64,000 bases of DNA, taken from assembly GCA_963666285.1 (NCBI GenBank), contig OY762711.1; one strand, given 5' to 3'. Positions 8,618 to 18,171 of this stretch are shown here, one piece after another (within the stretch, counting starts at the first letter, position 1; every line of letters starts with the position of its first letter). The notes beneath the pieces were generated by a model. It searched no databases. It was not told where the DNA came from and saw only the letters and a program-made list of their open reading frames with translations. Position numbers and translations under genes: made by a program. The DNA comes from Sedimentisphaerales bacterium (lineage in GTDB: Bacteria; Planctomycetota; Phycisphaerae; Sedimentisphaerales; SM23-30).

Positions 8618-10705
8618 TTATTTAGTGCCAGCTGAGTTGATGATATCATTTACTAGTGGAATAAGTTTCATAAATGGTTGGCCCATTTCGATAGCATCTT
8701 CGAGTTGTTTTGCCGCATCTGATATATTTTTAACATCAAGTTTAGCAGCATCGCATGCCAGGCTTTCAGCAATTTTGCTCATAAGCAGAATGTCTTCTTC
8801 TTCGACGGCACAGATCAATTTTTCCAGTTCCAATCCTATTCGCAGTGCTTTAAGATCAGCTTCGTCAGGCATCTCATGTGGGCGGTCCTGAGAGCGAGCT
8901 GTAACGACTTCAGCGATCCGTTCGACGATTAGAGGATCGAACCGGGTGCCAGCCATCAAACGTAGTTCTTCAATAGCTTGTTCAGTTGAAATCCCTTCAC
9001 TGTAAACACTGTCAGTAATGAGGTTATCATAAGCAGAAGCGACAGCAATGATACGTGATCGAATCGGGATATTATCACCGGTCGGCATATCCGGATGGCC
9101 CGGAGTGCCACGATACCATGCAGAGGAATATTTCATAATACCAATAAGTTCGCTTGAATTAAAGGAAGTGCTGACAGTTTCTACTCCCATTCTCAGGTGA
9201 TAACTTAACAGCTTTTGTTCTTCATCAGTAAGCTTATGACGTTTAGCTAATATTTCGTCTGGAACACTTATTTTGCCAATATCGTGCAGAAGTGCAGCAA
9301 CTTCAAGTACATATGAGTCGACCTGGTTCATAAGTCCGCGTGCAGTATTAACACAGAGGTCAGCTACTCTTCGGCTATGCATTGCCGCCGCAGCGTCGCG
9401 TTGTTCCAGTGCCGAAAGCAGGGCATGAACCGCCTGGAAAGGAATATCAAAGTATGCTTTGTTGTCTTCATTTTCCTGGTTATTAGCAGGAGATTCCAGA
9501 GAAGTCTTTTCAGTATTTCTAGCATCATCAGGGAGTTTATCCCAGCGATGCATCTGGTTTCCGCCTTTATGCATGGAATAATGCATTGCTATATCTGATT
9601 GGTTGGTAAGCTCTTGCGGGTTTTTAGCGTTAGCCTGCATAGAGGACAGTCCAATTGATATTGTGGTAAGGATGTCGCATGGGTGACTTTCTTCCACTTT
9701 GCGTCTGATTTTTTCAGCAGTTTGTGCAGCAGCTTCTATCGAGGTATGGGGAAGAAGAATACAGAATTCCTCACCGCTTATGCGGCTGACATAGTCACTT
9801 TTGCGAATATTGTCTTTAATGAGTCCGGCAACGACTCTCAAGACTTCATCGCCGGCATTATGGCCGTGTTCATCGTTGATTTTACGTAACTGGTCTATAT
9901 CCAGTAAGATACAACTCATATCGTAGTCGTATCGCTTGGCCCCGCTCCATTCACCTTCGAATACTTCAAAGAAAGCGTGGCGATTGTAGCAGTTTGTGAG
10001 ATGGTCCTGCATTGCCATTTTCTTTAGCGCTTCATTTTGTGTACTGACTTTCTTGTGAGTTTCTTTGAGTTCAGCCATAGTTTTTCTGAACTTAGCTTTT
10101 TGATCAAGATATTTCGTAATGTCTCTAACAGTAATAATTACGCCGTCAACCTGGTTATTTTCATCTTTAATTGGAGTGGCGTTCACTGAAAGTGTTTTGG
10201 GAAGTTGCTCCTTAGGTTTTACCAGCAGTTGTATATCTTTAACAGGCAAAGATTTATCAATAGCAGCGGTCCAAGGCATAATATCAGGTTTTTTATGCCA
10301 GGAAATAGAATCAATAGATTGGTCTTTAATATCGCTCATATGTTTGTTGGTGATATTGAGAAACTCTTTATTAGCAACCAGAATATTGGCCGAAGTATCC
10401 AGAATTGCGACACCTTCGCTGATATTTTCCAGAATGTGGTATTCACGTTCAGTGATATCTTCGCTGCTAAACTCAATAAGTTTGCTAAGTGTTTTTCTGA
10501 CAAGTATTAAAAATCCAACAAGTGAAAAGGCTAATGCAGAAAACGCCAGAATTGAATAGCCGGTGAAAATGTTGTTAGTTTCCGGCTGTGATTCTGGTGT
10601 GTTAGAAGCGATGGATATACCTACTGCGATTGCAGATATTACGACAGTAGCCAGCAGTATTTCATAACTTATTATATTAAAATAGTTTATTGGTTTATTT
10701 TTCAT
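8618..10705 (-). CDS. Membrane PAS-GGDEF-HD-GYP protein with C-terminal Hpt-like domain (motifs partly degenerate)
   Basis: Two TM helices; PAS ending RDIT; DHLT..YNR, DID, RKSD..SRISGEEF; HSRRV, LHDIGK, SRIIAVASAYD, GTRFDP. Confidence 0.9.
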   Translation of the reverse strand: MKNKPINYFNIISYEILLATVVISAIAVGISIASNTPESQPETNNIFTGYSILAFSALAFSLVGFLILVRKTLSKLIEFSSEDITEREYHILENISEGVAILDTSANILVANKEFLNITNKHMSDIKDQSIDSISWHKKPDIMPWTAAIDKSLPVKDIQLLVKPKEQLPKTLSVNATPIKDENNQVDGVIITVRDITKYLDQKAKFRKTMAELKETHKKVSTQNEALKKMAMQDHLTNCYNRHAFFEVFEGEWSGAKRYDYDMSCILLDIDQLRKINDEHGHNAGDEVLRVVAGLIKDNIRKSDYVSRISGEEFCILLPHTSIEAAAQTAEKIRRKVEESHPCDILTTISIGLSSMQANAKNPQELTNQSDIAMHYSMHKGGNQMHRWDKLPDDARNTEKTSLESPANNQENEDNKAYFDIPFQAVHALLSALEQRDAAAAMHSRRVADLCVNTARGLMNQVDSYVLEVAALLHDIGKISVPDEILAKRHKLTDEEQKLLSYHLRMGVETVSTSFNSSELIGIMKYSSAWYRGTPGHPDMPTGDNIPIRSRIIAVASAYDNLITDSVYSEGISTEQAIEELRLMAGTRFDPLIVERIAEVVTARSQDRPHEMPDEADLKALRIGLELEKLICAVEEEDILLMSKIAESLACDAAKLDVKNISDAAKQLEDAIEMGQPFMKLIPLVNDIINSAGTK

Positions 10706-10907
10706 CTTGTTAGATATTATCGGCCATGTTAAATACCTACTTTGGCGGATAGTAGGAAAAGGAGGTGGATTAAGAATTCTTAAGTTGTTTTAAGCAAAAG
10801 ATTTGGTGGTTTGTTTTGGCTTGATTTGTATGAAATCTTATGGTACTATTTTTCTTTTATTGCGTAAGTAACCTTATATAACAACTTAAAAGAAGTGGGC
10901 TATTGAC

Positions 10908-11975
10908 ATGACCGAACCAGACAGAGGCGATAAGTTCCTGATCGTTTCATCCTCACCTCACCTGAGCGAGCCGGCAACAAGTCGGCGAATAATGGCCGAA
11001 GTAATTATTGGCTGTTCTCCCGCAGTATTATTTGCAGTATATTTCTTTAAGATATTGGCGATAAAGGTTTTATTGTCATGTATTATTGCTGCAGTGGTGA
11101 CAGAATATATCTTTAATGTGGTAAGGAAGAAGCGTCAGACGGCTTTAGACGGAAGTGCGATAGTTGCAGCTTTGATTCTGGGCCTTTCATTACCGCCATC
11201 GATTCCGTTTTGGGCGGCTATGATTGGTATGGTGGTGGCGATAGCGGTAGCGAAAATGCTATTTGGCGGTTTGGGATGTAATATCTTTAACCCGGCAATG
11301 GTTGGCCGTGCTTTCCTGATGGCGTGCTTTGGAACGATGATGACATTCTGGGTAACTCCCGAACATGTTGATTATAAAGGAATTAAGACAAATGATGCCG
11401 GTGAGTCGGTGGTTGCCGTGTCAGAAGCTACGCCTTTGAAGCATTTCAAAGAGCAGATAAAGCTAAAAGATACTCCGGTTGATGAATCATCAGAAGTAAC
11501 TGAAATAGAAGAAGTTACAGTAGAAGATACCCTGAGTAAAGCATTCTGGGGTAATATAGGCGGCTCGCTGGGAGAGACCAGTACGCTGGCCTGGCTGATC
11601 GGAGGATTATTCCTGCTGTTGAGAGGTACAGTTACCTGGCACACGCCGGTGGGGGTATTGGGCTCGGCGTTGTTAATATCTGGTATAGCGTGGCTTATAG
11701 ACGATAAGGCATATGTAAATCCGCTGATGCACCTTTGCAGCGGCGGTTTGATGATGTGTGCATTCTTTATAGCGACCGACCCGGTGACATGTCCTTTGAC
11801 GAAGAAAGGTCGTTTGATCTTCGGAATAGGCGTAGGCTCTCTGACAATGCTGATTCGCCTGATAGGCGGTTATCCAGAGGGTATAATGTATGCGATTCTG
11901 CTGATGAACTCGGTAACGCCGCTGATTGACAGCTGGACAGTTCCTAAGCCTTATGGAGATGTGCCGAAGCCGTAA
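10908..11975 (+). CDS. rnfD: Rnf electron transport complex subunit D
   Basis: SSSPH N-terminus, KMLFGGLGCNIFNPAMVGR, ATPL FMN site, GSLGETS, FIATDPVT, GYPEG. Confidence 0.95.
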   Translation: MTEPDRGDKFLIVSSSPHLSEPATSRRIMAEVIIGCSPAVLFAVYFFKILAIKVLLSCIIAAVVTEYIFNVVRKKRQTALDGSAIVAALILGLSLPPSIPFWAAMIGMVVAIAVAKMLFGGLGCNIFNPAMVGRAFLMACFGTMMTFWVTPEHVDYKGIKTNDAGESVVAVSEATPLKHFKEQIKLKDTPVDESSEVTEIEEVTVEDTLSKAFWGNIGGSLGETSTLAWLIGGLFLLLRGTVTWHTPVGVLGSALLISGIAWLIDDKAYVNPLMHLCSGGLMMCAFFIATDPVTCPLTKKGRLIFGIGVGSLTMLIRLIGGYPEGIMYAILLMNSVTPLIDSWTVPKPYGDVPKP

Positions 11976-12005
11976 AGCTATCTACCGTACAGTTACGGTG
12001 TTTAT

Positions 12006-12125
12006 GCGGCCGCTAATCGGCAGGTAACGGAAGTATCGCCGAGCAGAAGAGAGCCGAAACGGGCAACGGCGTTAAGCGGCGTCCTGCAGCGATATACTGA
12101 AGGGCGGCGGAGTATAGACGGCCGC
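12006..12125 (+). other. GC-rich multi-hairpin element between rnfD and rnfG
   Basis: GCGGCCG (12006-12012) pairs with CGGCCGC (12119-12125), enclosing three hairpins, one capped by GGAA. Confidence 0.45.
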
Positions 12126-12257
12126 GAATTGAGCCGGTGCGGCGGCCAACGAAAATCAGCAAAATTCAGCAAAAGCAGGTGTGGTAGTACCAGATAACAA
12201 AGTATTCAATAGCTGTCAAATGACGGTAAAAAATAAATTATACAAGGTGAAAAAGTA

Positions 12258-12851
12258 ATGAAAAAGTTTATTCAGGATTCCTGGCTGGTAATAGTCTCGT
12301 CGCTGGTATTTGGTTTACTGGTGGCAGGCGTTGATGGAGCATTGAGGGAAAGAATTAATCAGAATAAATTAAGTAAGCGTGACAAAAATATGACGGATCT
12401 TATGGGCGGTAATTGCAGTTTTGCAGAAAAGACTGTAAAGGATGCCGAAGGAAAAGAGCTGGTTTATTTTGAGGCACAAGAAAATGGCAATACAACAGGA
12501 TATTGCTTTACAGCCGAGGGAGCCGGTTTTGCCGACAGGATAGAGCTGATTGTTGCGGTAGACAGCAAATTTGAAAAGTGTAAGGGATTTGCAGTGATGT
12601 ACTCACAGGAAACTCCAGGCTTTGGCGATAAGATAGTGCCGGTTGGAGAAGGTACTTTTAGTGATGAGTTTAAAGGTTCACCATGTCCGACGCCGTCCAA
12701 GAAACTGGTAGTATCCAAGGTAGGAGATAAGACAAATCGGGAAGATACCGAGATCGTTGCTATAACAGGTGCAACAATAAGCTCCGAAGCGGTAACGAAG
12801 ATAGTAAATGACTCAATTTTATTGATGCGTGAATTGCTATTGCAAAAATAA
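12258..12851 (+). CDS. rnfG: Rnf electron transport complex subunit G
   Basis: N-terminal TM, GF...I...VAVD, ETPGFG, FMN-binding AITGATISS. Confidence 0.9.
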   Translation: MKKFIQDSWLVIVSSLVFGLLVAGVDGALRERINQNKLSKRDKNMTDLMGGNCSFAEKTVKDAEGKELVYFEAQENGNTTGYCFTAEGAGFADRIELIVAVDSKFEKCKGFAVMYSQETPGFGDKIVPVGEGTFSDEFKGSPCPTPSKKLVVSKVGDKTNREDTEIVAITGATISSEAVTKIVNDSILLMRELLLQK

Positions 12852-12929
12852 AAAGTGAAGAACAAAGCGAATAGTTGTTGAGTAAGTTTTTGGTCTCACA
12901 GCTAAGTAAGAAGATAAACGAGGTATAAG

Positions 12930-13552
12930 ATGGCAGAAAATGCTATAGAGAAAAAAGGTCCAAGTGCGACAAAGTCACTAATAGTCGGGCTATGGGAAGA
13001 AAACGCAGTATTTCGGCAATTGCTGGGAATGTGTCCGACGCTTGCGGTAACAGCAGATGTAAAGTCGGCGCTGACGATGGGCATGGCCACTACTTTTGTT
13101 CTAATATGTTCGAATGTAGTAGTCTCTATGATGAGAAAGCTTCTGGTTGGTCATTTGCGTATCCTGATGTTTACGCTTACGATCGCAACTTTTGTATCAA
13201 TAGCAGATTTGATATTACAAGCGTTTTTGCCGGAGATGTCGGCAAAGCTGGGGCCGTTTGTACCGCTGATTATTGTGAACTGTTTGATTATTGGTCGAGC
13301 GGAGGCTTGCGGCAGTAGAAACGGTGTGGTAGTAAGTTTTATGGATGCTGTTGGTATGGGTCTGGGCTTTACACTTGGCCTTTGCATCCTGGCTTGTGTT
13401 CGGGAACCATTAGCAGACGGGGCAATATTTGGTTATGTATTTATGCCAGAAAGTTTTGAGCGCTGGAATGTTATGAAGCTGCGGCGGGCGCGTTTTTGAC
13501 ATTGGGTATATTGCTTGGTTTGAATAATCACTTTAGCAAGAACAAAAAATAG
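12930..13552 (+). CDS. rnfE: Rnf subunit E, with a 1-nt frameshift near 13482 (error or pseudogenisation)
   Basis: Motifs LGMCPTLAVT, PLIIVNCLIIGRAE, RE. The called ORF stops at 13499, but the shifted frame continues (L-P)-A-G-A-F-L-T-L-G-I-L-L-G to TAG at 13550-13552, the canonical last helix. Confidence 0.9.
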
Positions 13553-13593
13553 AAATAAGGTCGATAACTGAAGTTTGACTTGAGGAAAATATA

Positions 13594-14193
13594 ATGTTAG
13601 GAACATTTGGTGAACAGCTAGGACATTTGGTATTACTTTTCATTTCGATGTCGATAGTAAATAACTTTGTATTAACAAAGTTTTTGGGTATCTGTCCGTA
13701 CCTGGGCGTGTCGCGTAAGGTTGATATGGCGTTCGGTATGGGTTGTGCCGTAACATTTGTTATGACTGTCAGTGCAGTTGTGACCTGGCTGGTTTATGTA
13801 TTGCTGGAAACACTTGGGATTCCGTTTCTTAAGTACATTGCATTTATCATGGTAATTGCTAGTATGGTGCAGTTGGTAGAAATGTTTATTCGCAAGTTTT
13901 TCCCACCTTTGTATAAAAGCTTTGGAATATTTCTGCCGCTGATTGTGACGAACTGTGCGATACTTGGCTGCTGTCTAATAATTAATCTGGAAAAGTATAA
14001 TTTCCTTGAGGCGTTGACAGTAGGTTTTGGCGGTGGTATCGGTTTTACTTTGGCAATCTGTATAATGGGCGGAATACGTGAACGTCTGGAGTCTTCTGAT
14101 GTGCCAGATTGCCTGAAGGGTGCTGGTATCACCTTGATAACAGCGTCGATAATGACACTGGCATTTATGGGCTTTTCGGGAATGGTTAAATAA
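13594..14193 (+). CDS. rnfA: Rnf electron transport complex subunit A
   Basis: NNFVLTKFLGICPYLGVS, VQLVEM, GIFLPLIVTNCAILG, GIRERL, LAFMGFSG. Confidence 0.95.
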   Translation: MLGTFGEQLGHLVLLFISMSIVNNFVLTKFLGICPYLGVSRKVDMAFGMGCAVTFVMTVSAVVTWLVYVLLETLGIPFLKYIAFIMVIASMVQLVEMFIRKFFPPLYKSFGIFLPLIVTNCAILGCCLIINLEKYNFLEALTVGFGGGIGFTLAICIMGGIRERLESSDVPDCLKGAGITLITASIMTLAFMGFSGMVK

Positions 14194-14220
14194 CTAAATC
14201 TGCTTCAGCAGATTTAGTTA
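14191..14220. terminator. Perfect inverted repeat at the end of the rnf operon
   Basis: TAACTAAATCTGCT-TC-AGCAGATTTAGTTA, overlapping the rnfA stop. Confidence 0.6.
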
Positions 14221-14277
14221 AGTGAAAAATGAAGAGTGAAAAGTGAAGAGTTGCGGTGTCCCGATGTACATCGGGAC
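14220..14277 (+). repeat. REP-like element: imperfect heptamer run plus TCCCGATG-N-CATCGGGA hairpin, copy 1
   Basis: AAGTGAA AAATGAA GAGTGAA AAGTGAA then GGTGTCCCGATGTACATCGGGAC. Related copies at 36087-36145 and 36487-36547. Confidence 0.65.
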
Positions 14278-14412
14278 CTTATTTTTTAAAAGCTAATGCA
14301 AATGAAGGTTGAGTAAAAATGGGGAAATAGTGATTAGAGGACAGCTGTTAGTTGGGAGTGATGAGAATTTGTAGGGTGCTTAGCGACCTTAAAGATAGGT
14401 ATTGGGTGCGGG

Positions 14413-16593
14413 TTAAATATTAAACTCAACGATATTTTCAGATTCTTTATTTGAAGTTTCATTGTTTATATTACTGGTGTAAGATATCGGCAATGTAACA
14501 GTAAAGATTGTTCCCTTATTATCACTTATCAGGCTAATAGAGCCGTGGTGTCTTTCGATAATTCTTTTTGATATATCAAGTCCAAGCCCTGTGCCTTCGC
14601 CTTTCCCTTTTGTAGTAAATAGAGGTTCAAAGATTTTATCCTGTATTGAAGGCGGTATTCCCGGGCCGGTATCAGCGATTTTGACCTGTACTGTATCTTT
14701 AATTTGTTTAAGTGATATTGTAAGTCTGCCGTTATTATTCATCGCCTGAATAGCGTTTTGTATTAGGTTTGTCCATACCTGGCAAAGTTCGTGGGAATGG
14801 CATAAGACAGGAGGGACAGCATCAAAATGAGTGACAAGTTCAATACCATGTTTGATTTTGTTTTTCCAAAGTAATAGTGCAGTATCAATAGTTTCCTGAA
14901 TATTAGTTTCAGTCATTTCCTGGAATTGTTCTGACCGGGCATAATCCTTGAGTGCCAGCACTACCCTGGAAGACTGGTGAACTGCAGAGTCAATAATCCT
15001 GGTACCATTGATAATAGTTGCTATTCTCTGAATAAAATTTAATATTTTGTCACTATTCCGGGATTGGAAAAGCGGTAAAAATTCTTCATAGTCAGTGACT
15101 ATCCCGGTGTTAGTAAGAAAAGAAGTCACAAGTTCAGGTTTATTTATATTCTTATAATTAAGTTTTTCAGAGATTTGTTTTTTGAGGCTGCGTATTTCCC
15201 TGGAAGATAAATTGTTGTTTGTAGAGTATATTCGATTAATTAACCCTGTAATCAAATCAGAGGAAGTGAAGATATCATTTTCTTCGCTGAGATTGTTTAT
15301 GAGTTCTTCGAACACTTTTTGCATTGTACTGTTGGTTGAGCCAATGGCTCCAAGCGGAGTGTTGACTTCGTGGGCGACACCGGCGGCAATTTGCCCGATA
15401 GTAGCCAGCTTTTCAGTTTGTATGAGTTGAGAAGTGGTATTTTTAAGTTCTATTTCTGCATTTTCCCTGATATGTATTTCCTTTTCCAGAATAAGATTTT
15501 TATCAGACAGTTCTCTAGTTCTTTCCTCGACTATTACTTCCAAGTGTTTTTTATGCCTTATCAGTTCATCCTGAGTTTTTGTGCGTAAATTAAGCTCTTG
15601 TGCGAGCTCGAACCTGTTTTTAAGAATATAATATACACTGGCAGTGAGTGCCAAGGATATAGCAACAGCCAACACTAACGGCCATGATCTCAGGTCTGAC
15701 ATATTGATATTTTTACTGATGTTGATTACATATTTCTGGTTATAGATAGAAATCTTGTATTCAGAGGCCAGTTTAACATTTCCCACAGTGTTGGTGATTT
15801 TTTCAGCATTTATATTAAGGATGGGGCTGATATTACCTTCAATATTGTTAATATCCGGCATGAGTGAGATGGAAATGCTATTGCTAAGCAGCACTTTTTC
15901 AATTAGTTTACCAGAGTTGACAATAAGAATAATCATGCCGTTATTGTTGTTTATTCTTTCTTCCTCAGTTTGAGGCCAGTATTTGCCCTCGTAAACAGGT
16001 ATGCAAATCATAAAATCACCCGGATCTTCAAATATCAGCCTGCTGCCGAAATAGTGTTCCGGTTTGCCGGATTTTAATGCTTTCTGAAAAGTAGTTTTAA
16101 TATTATCCAGAGAATTGATATCGCAGCCAAGATAACGAACATTTTCCGGTATATACGGTTCACAATATTCTATAGGGTAATATTGTTTTTTATTTTCCAG
16201 CTTAACCTGCTTATTCATATTGTCCAGACTATACACATCGTAATTTATAATTCCCCAGTATCTTTTCTCCTCAATAAATTTATTGAGTCTGTCAGCTTTT
16301 ACCCTGGGACTGTATGCCGCAGTTTTAACAGTTGGGTAGTTAGCCAGGGCATCTTCGGCAAAGATTCTGAATTCATCTACATCGATATAATCAGAAGCAT
16401 GAAAGAAAGACTGGAAATTGACAGAAAGATTATATACCTGGTTAAAATGTTCAGAAAGCAGGGTAACAATCTGGTTAGATTCATAGTCAAATCCTTTTCT
16501 TTCATGATCGATTATTTCCCGCCAAGAAAAAGTTAATGATAGTGTCAAGACACAAATCGCAAATATAATAGTAATTGAAATAGTTCTTTTCAT
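14413..16593 (-). CDS. CHASE-domain sensor histidine kinase
   Basis: TM-CHASE (YYPIEYCEP..N...LG.D)-TM-coiled coil; H-box AGVAHEVNTPL; NLIQNAIQA, DTGPGIP, FTTKGKGEGTGLGL. Confidence 0.92.
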   Translation of the reverse strand: MKRTISITIIFAICVLTLSLTFSWREIIDHERKGFDYESNQIVTLLSEHFNQVYNLSVNFQSFFHASDYIDVDEFRIFAEDALANYPTVKTAAYSPRVKADRLNKFIEEKRYWGIINYDVYSLDNMNKQVKLENKKQYYPIEYCEPYIPENVRYLGCDINSLDNIKTTFQKALKSGKPEHYFGSRLIFEDPGDFMICIPVYEGKYWPQTEEERINNNNGMIILIVNSGKLIEKVLLSNSISISLMPDINNIEGNISPILNINAEKITNTVGNVKLASEYKISIYNQKYVINISKNINMSDLRSWPLVLAVAISLALTASVYYILKNRFELAQELNLRTKTQDELIRHKKHLEVIVEERTRELSDKNLILEKEIHIRENAEIELKNTTSQLIQTEKLATIGQIAAGVAHEVNTPLGAIGSTNSTMQKVFEELINNLSEENDIFTSSDLITGLINRIYSTNNNLSSREIRSLKKQISEKLNYKNINKPELVTSFLTNTGIVTDYEEFLPLFQSRNSDKILNFIQRIATIINGTRIIDSAVHQSSRVVLALKDYARSEQFQEMTETNIQETIDTALLLWKNKIKHGIELVTHFDAVPPVLCHSHELCQVWTNLIQNAIQAMNNNGRLTISLKQIKDTVQVKIADTGPGIPPSIQDKIFEPLFTTKGKGEGTGLGLDISKRIIERHHGSISLISDNKGTIFTVTLPISYTSNINNETSNKESENIVEFNI

Positions 16594-17672
16594 GGGTTAA
16601 TGTCAACAGCAGAGTTAAGAATGGAAGATGGAAGTGAAATCCCTGCTTTTTCCAATAATTTACTATTTATATAAGTATTCCATTTACGGTTACTAATAAT
16701 CGGTATCTGGGCGGGGGCAGTTCCATCCAGTATTTTCAGCGTGGTATTTGCTGCGTATTGGCCTTGTTCTTCCGGTGAATTAGTGATTCCGAGCATAGCA
16801 TACGGCATGATCCAGTTATGAGTGGCAATCGATATAACTTTAGAGTTTTTATAGACTATCTCAAGAGCTTTGTTATTGTCCCAATCTGTGATAGTGACAG
16901 GATTGACGAAAATAATGAAATCAGTATATTGAGCCTTGATATACTCTGACTCGAAATCCTGCATAGATGATATTTCAGCTTTAATAATGTTAATGTTATG
17001 TGTTTGAAAGATATCATTTACCCGATTAGCATTTTTAATTGAAGATAAGCAGTCAGGGTAAATAATGGTACCTTTCTGAGTATTGGTGTCTACAGTTTTA
17101 AGGGTCGAGATTAAGTTATTAATAGGATATATTTCTATTATCCCGGTAATATTCGAGCAAGGGTATCCATATTCATCTGCAGTCCAGTTTATTCCGCAGA
17201 AAACAACCGGTATATCGCTATTTTTATAATATTCAGCGATGAGGTACTTATTGGCATTGTCATCAGCAGCGATGATGATATCCGGCTGCCATGCCTGTAT
17301 AATATTATGTGCTTCTAATGCTTTACCAGAAATAAAGTCAGGGTTGGTGTTGCGTTTAGAATCCATATAAAAAGACCTAAGATTGCATTTGTTGTCCAGT
17401 CCGTCAAACAATGCCTTGTCAATTTTATCCTGCCATTCGTACCCTTTATGATAGGAGGCAATGTAAAAGCATTTTTTTAGATTATTTTTGGCATCAGGTG
17501 CAATGTTTTCATTATCAGATGCCAGGAATTTTGGCGGATCAGGATCCTGTATCTTATCATATGTTTTTTCATACTTTATATAGATTAAGTAAGTTATTAG
17601 AAGCAGAATGAAAACCAAAGAAAGTATAAAAATGTTGTTTTTGACTTTAAACAAAAGAATATACCTTTTCAT
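16590..17672 (-). CDS. ABC-type substrate-binding-like periplasmic protein coupled to the kinase gene
   Basis: N-terminal TM; SYHKGYEW, FYMDSKR, PDIIIAADDNA, PVVFCGIN, EQGQYAA, ILDG.AP..IP. 4-nt overlap with the kinase gene. Confidence 0.85.
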   Translation of the reverse strand: MKRYILLFKVKNNIFILSLVFILLLITYLIYIKYEKTYDKIQDPDPPKFLASDNENIAPDAKNNLKKCFYIASYHKGYEWQDKIDKALFDGLDNKCNLRSFYMDSKRNTNPDFISGKALEAHNIIQAWQPDIIIAADDNANKYLIAEYYKNSDIPVVFCGINWTADEYGYPCSNITGIIEIYPINNLISTLKTVDTNTQKGTIIYPDCLSSIKNANRVNDIFQTHNINIIKAEISSMQDFESEYIKAQYTDFIIFVNPVTITDWDNNKALEIVYKNSKVISIATHNWIMPYAMLGITNSPEEQGQYAANTTLKILDGTAPAQIPIISNRKWNTYINSKLLEKAGISLPSSILNSAVDINP

Positions 17673-18171
17673 TAATTATAAATATAAGACTTTACAATAT
17701 TTAATTATTCGGTTTATTAGCGTGGACTACTAAAATGAAAAGTATAGATTATTGCTAATTATAGCAGGCTTGGTTTTTGAATGTAGTATTGTGTTTGGTA
17801 AGTCTTTTTCTAGTATGCGGTTACATTTTATGATGCTGGTGCGTCCGGCTGGCAGGTCAGTGTTTTGAAATATATTGAAGGAATTCTTATAGGACGTGAT
17901 TTGAGTAGATGTGTTAAAAAAGTTGTCAAAGGGCAAGGGTGTATATAATTAAATATGGTCTCCTTTTGAAATAGAAAACTATAACGCCTTAAAGATTATA
18001 ATTTGCTAAAAAGGTAAGATAATTTTACTTTTAATACCACCAGTGATAAGACAGGAAGCATACTTAAACTGAAGATAATCCAGGTATAATGGATCTGGAC
18101 TGCTGCTGAAGAGGACAACCAATAATTAGATGTCTGCTAAAATTTGTATGCTGAAGAATATAGCCAATAGG

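Noticed and set aside
11976..12197. Stop-codon readthrough extension of rnfD (frame stays open ~73 codons after TAA)
   Set aside because: RnfD already ends at its canonical position (P..YG). The stop is TAA, and an open frame is expected by chance in GC-rich sequence.
10908..14193. Na+-NQR (nqrBCDE) instead of Rnf
   Set aside because: The SSSPH N-terminus and the subunit lengths and motifs fit RnfD/G/E/A.
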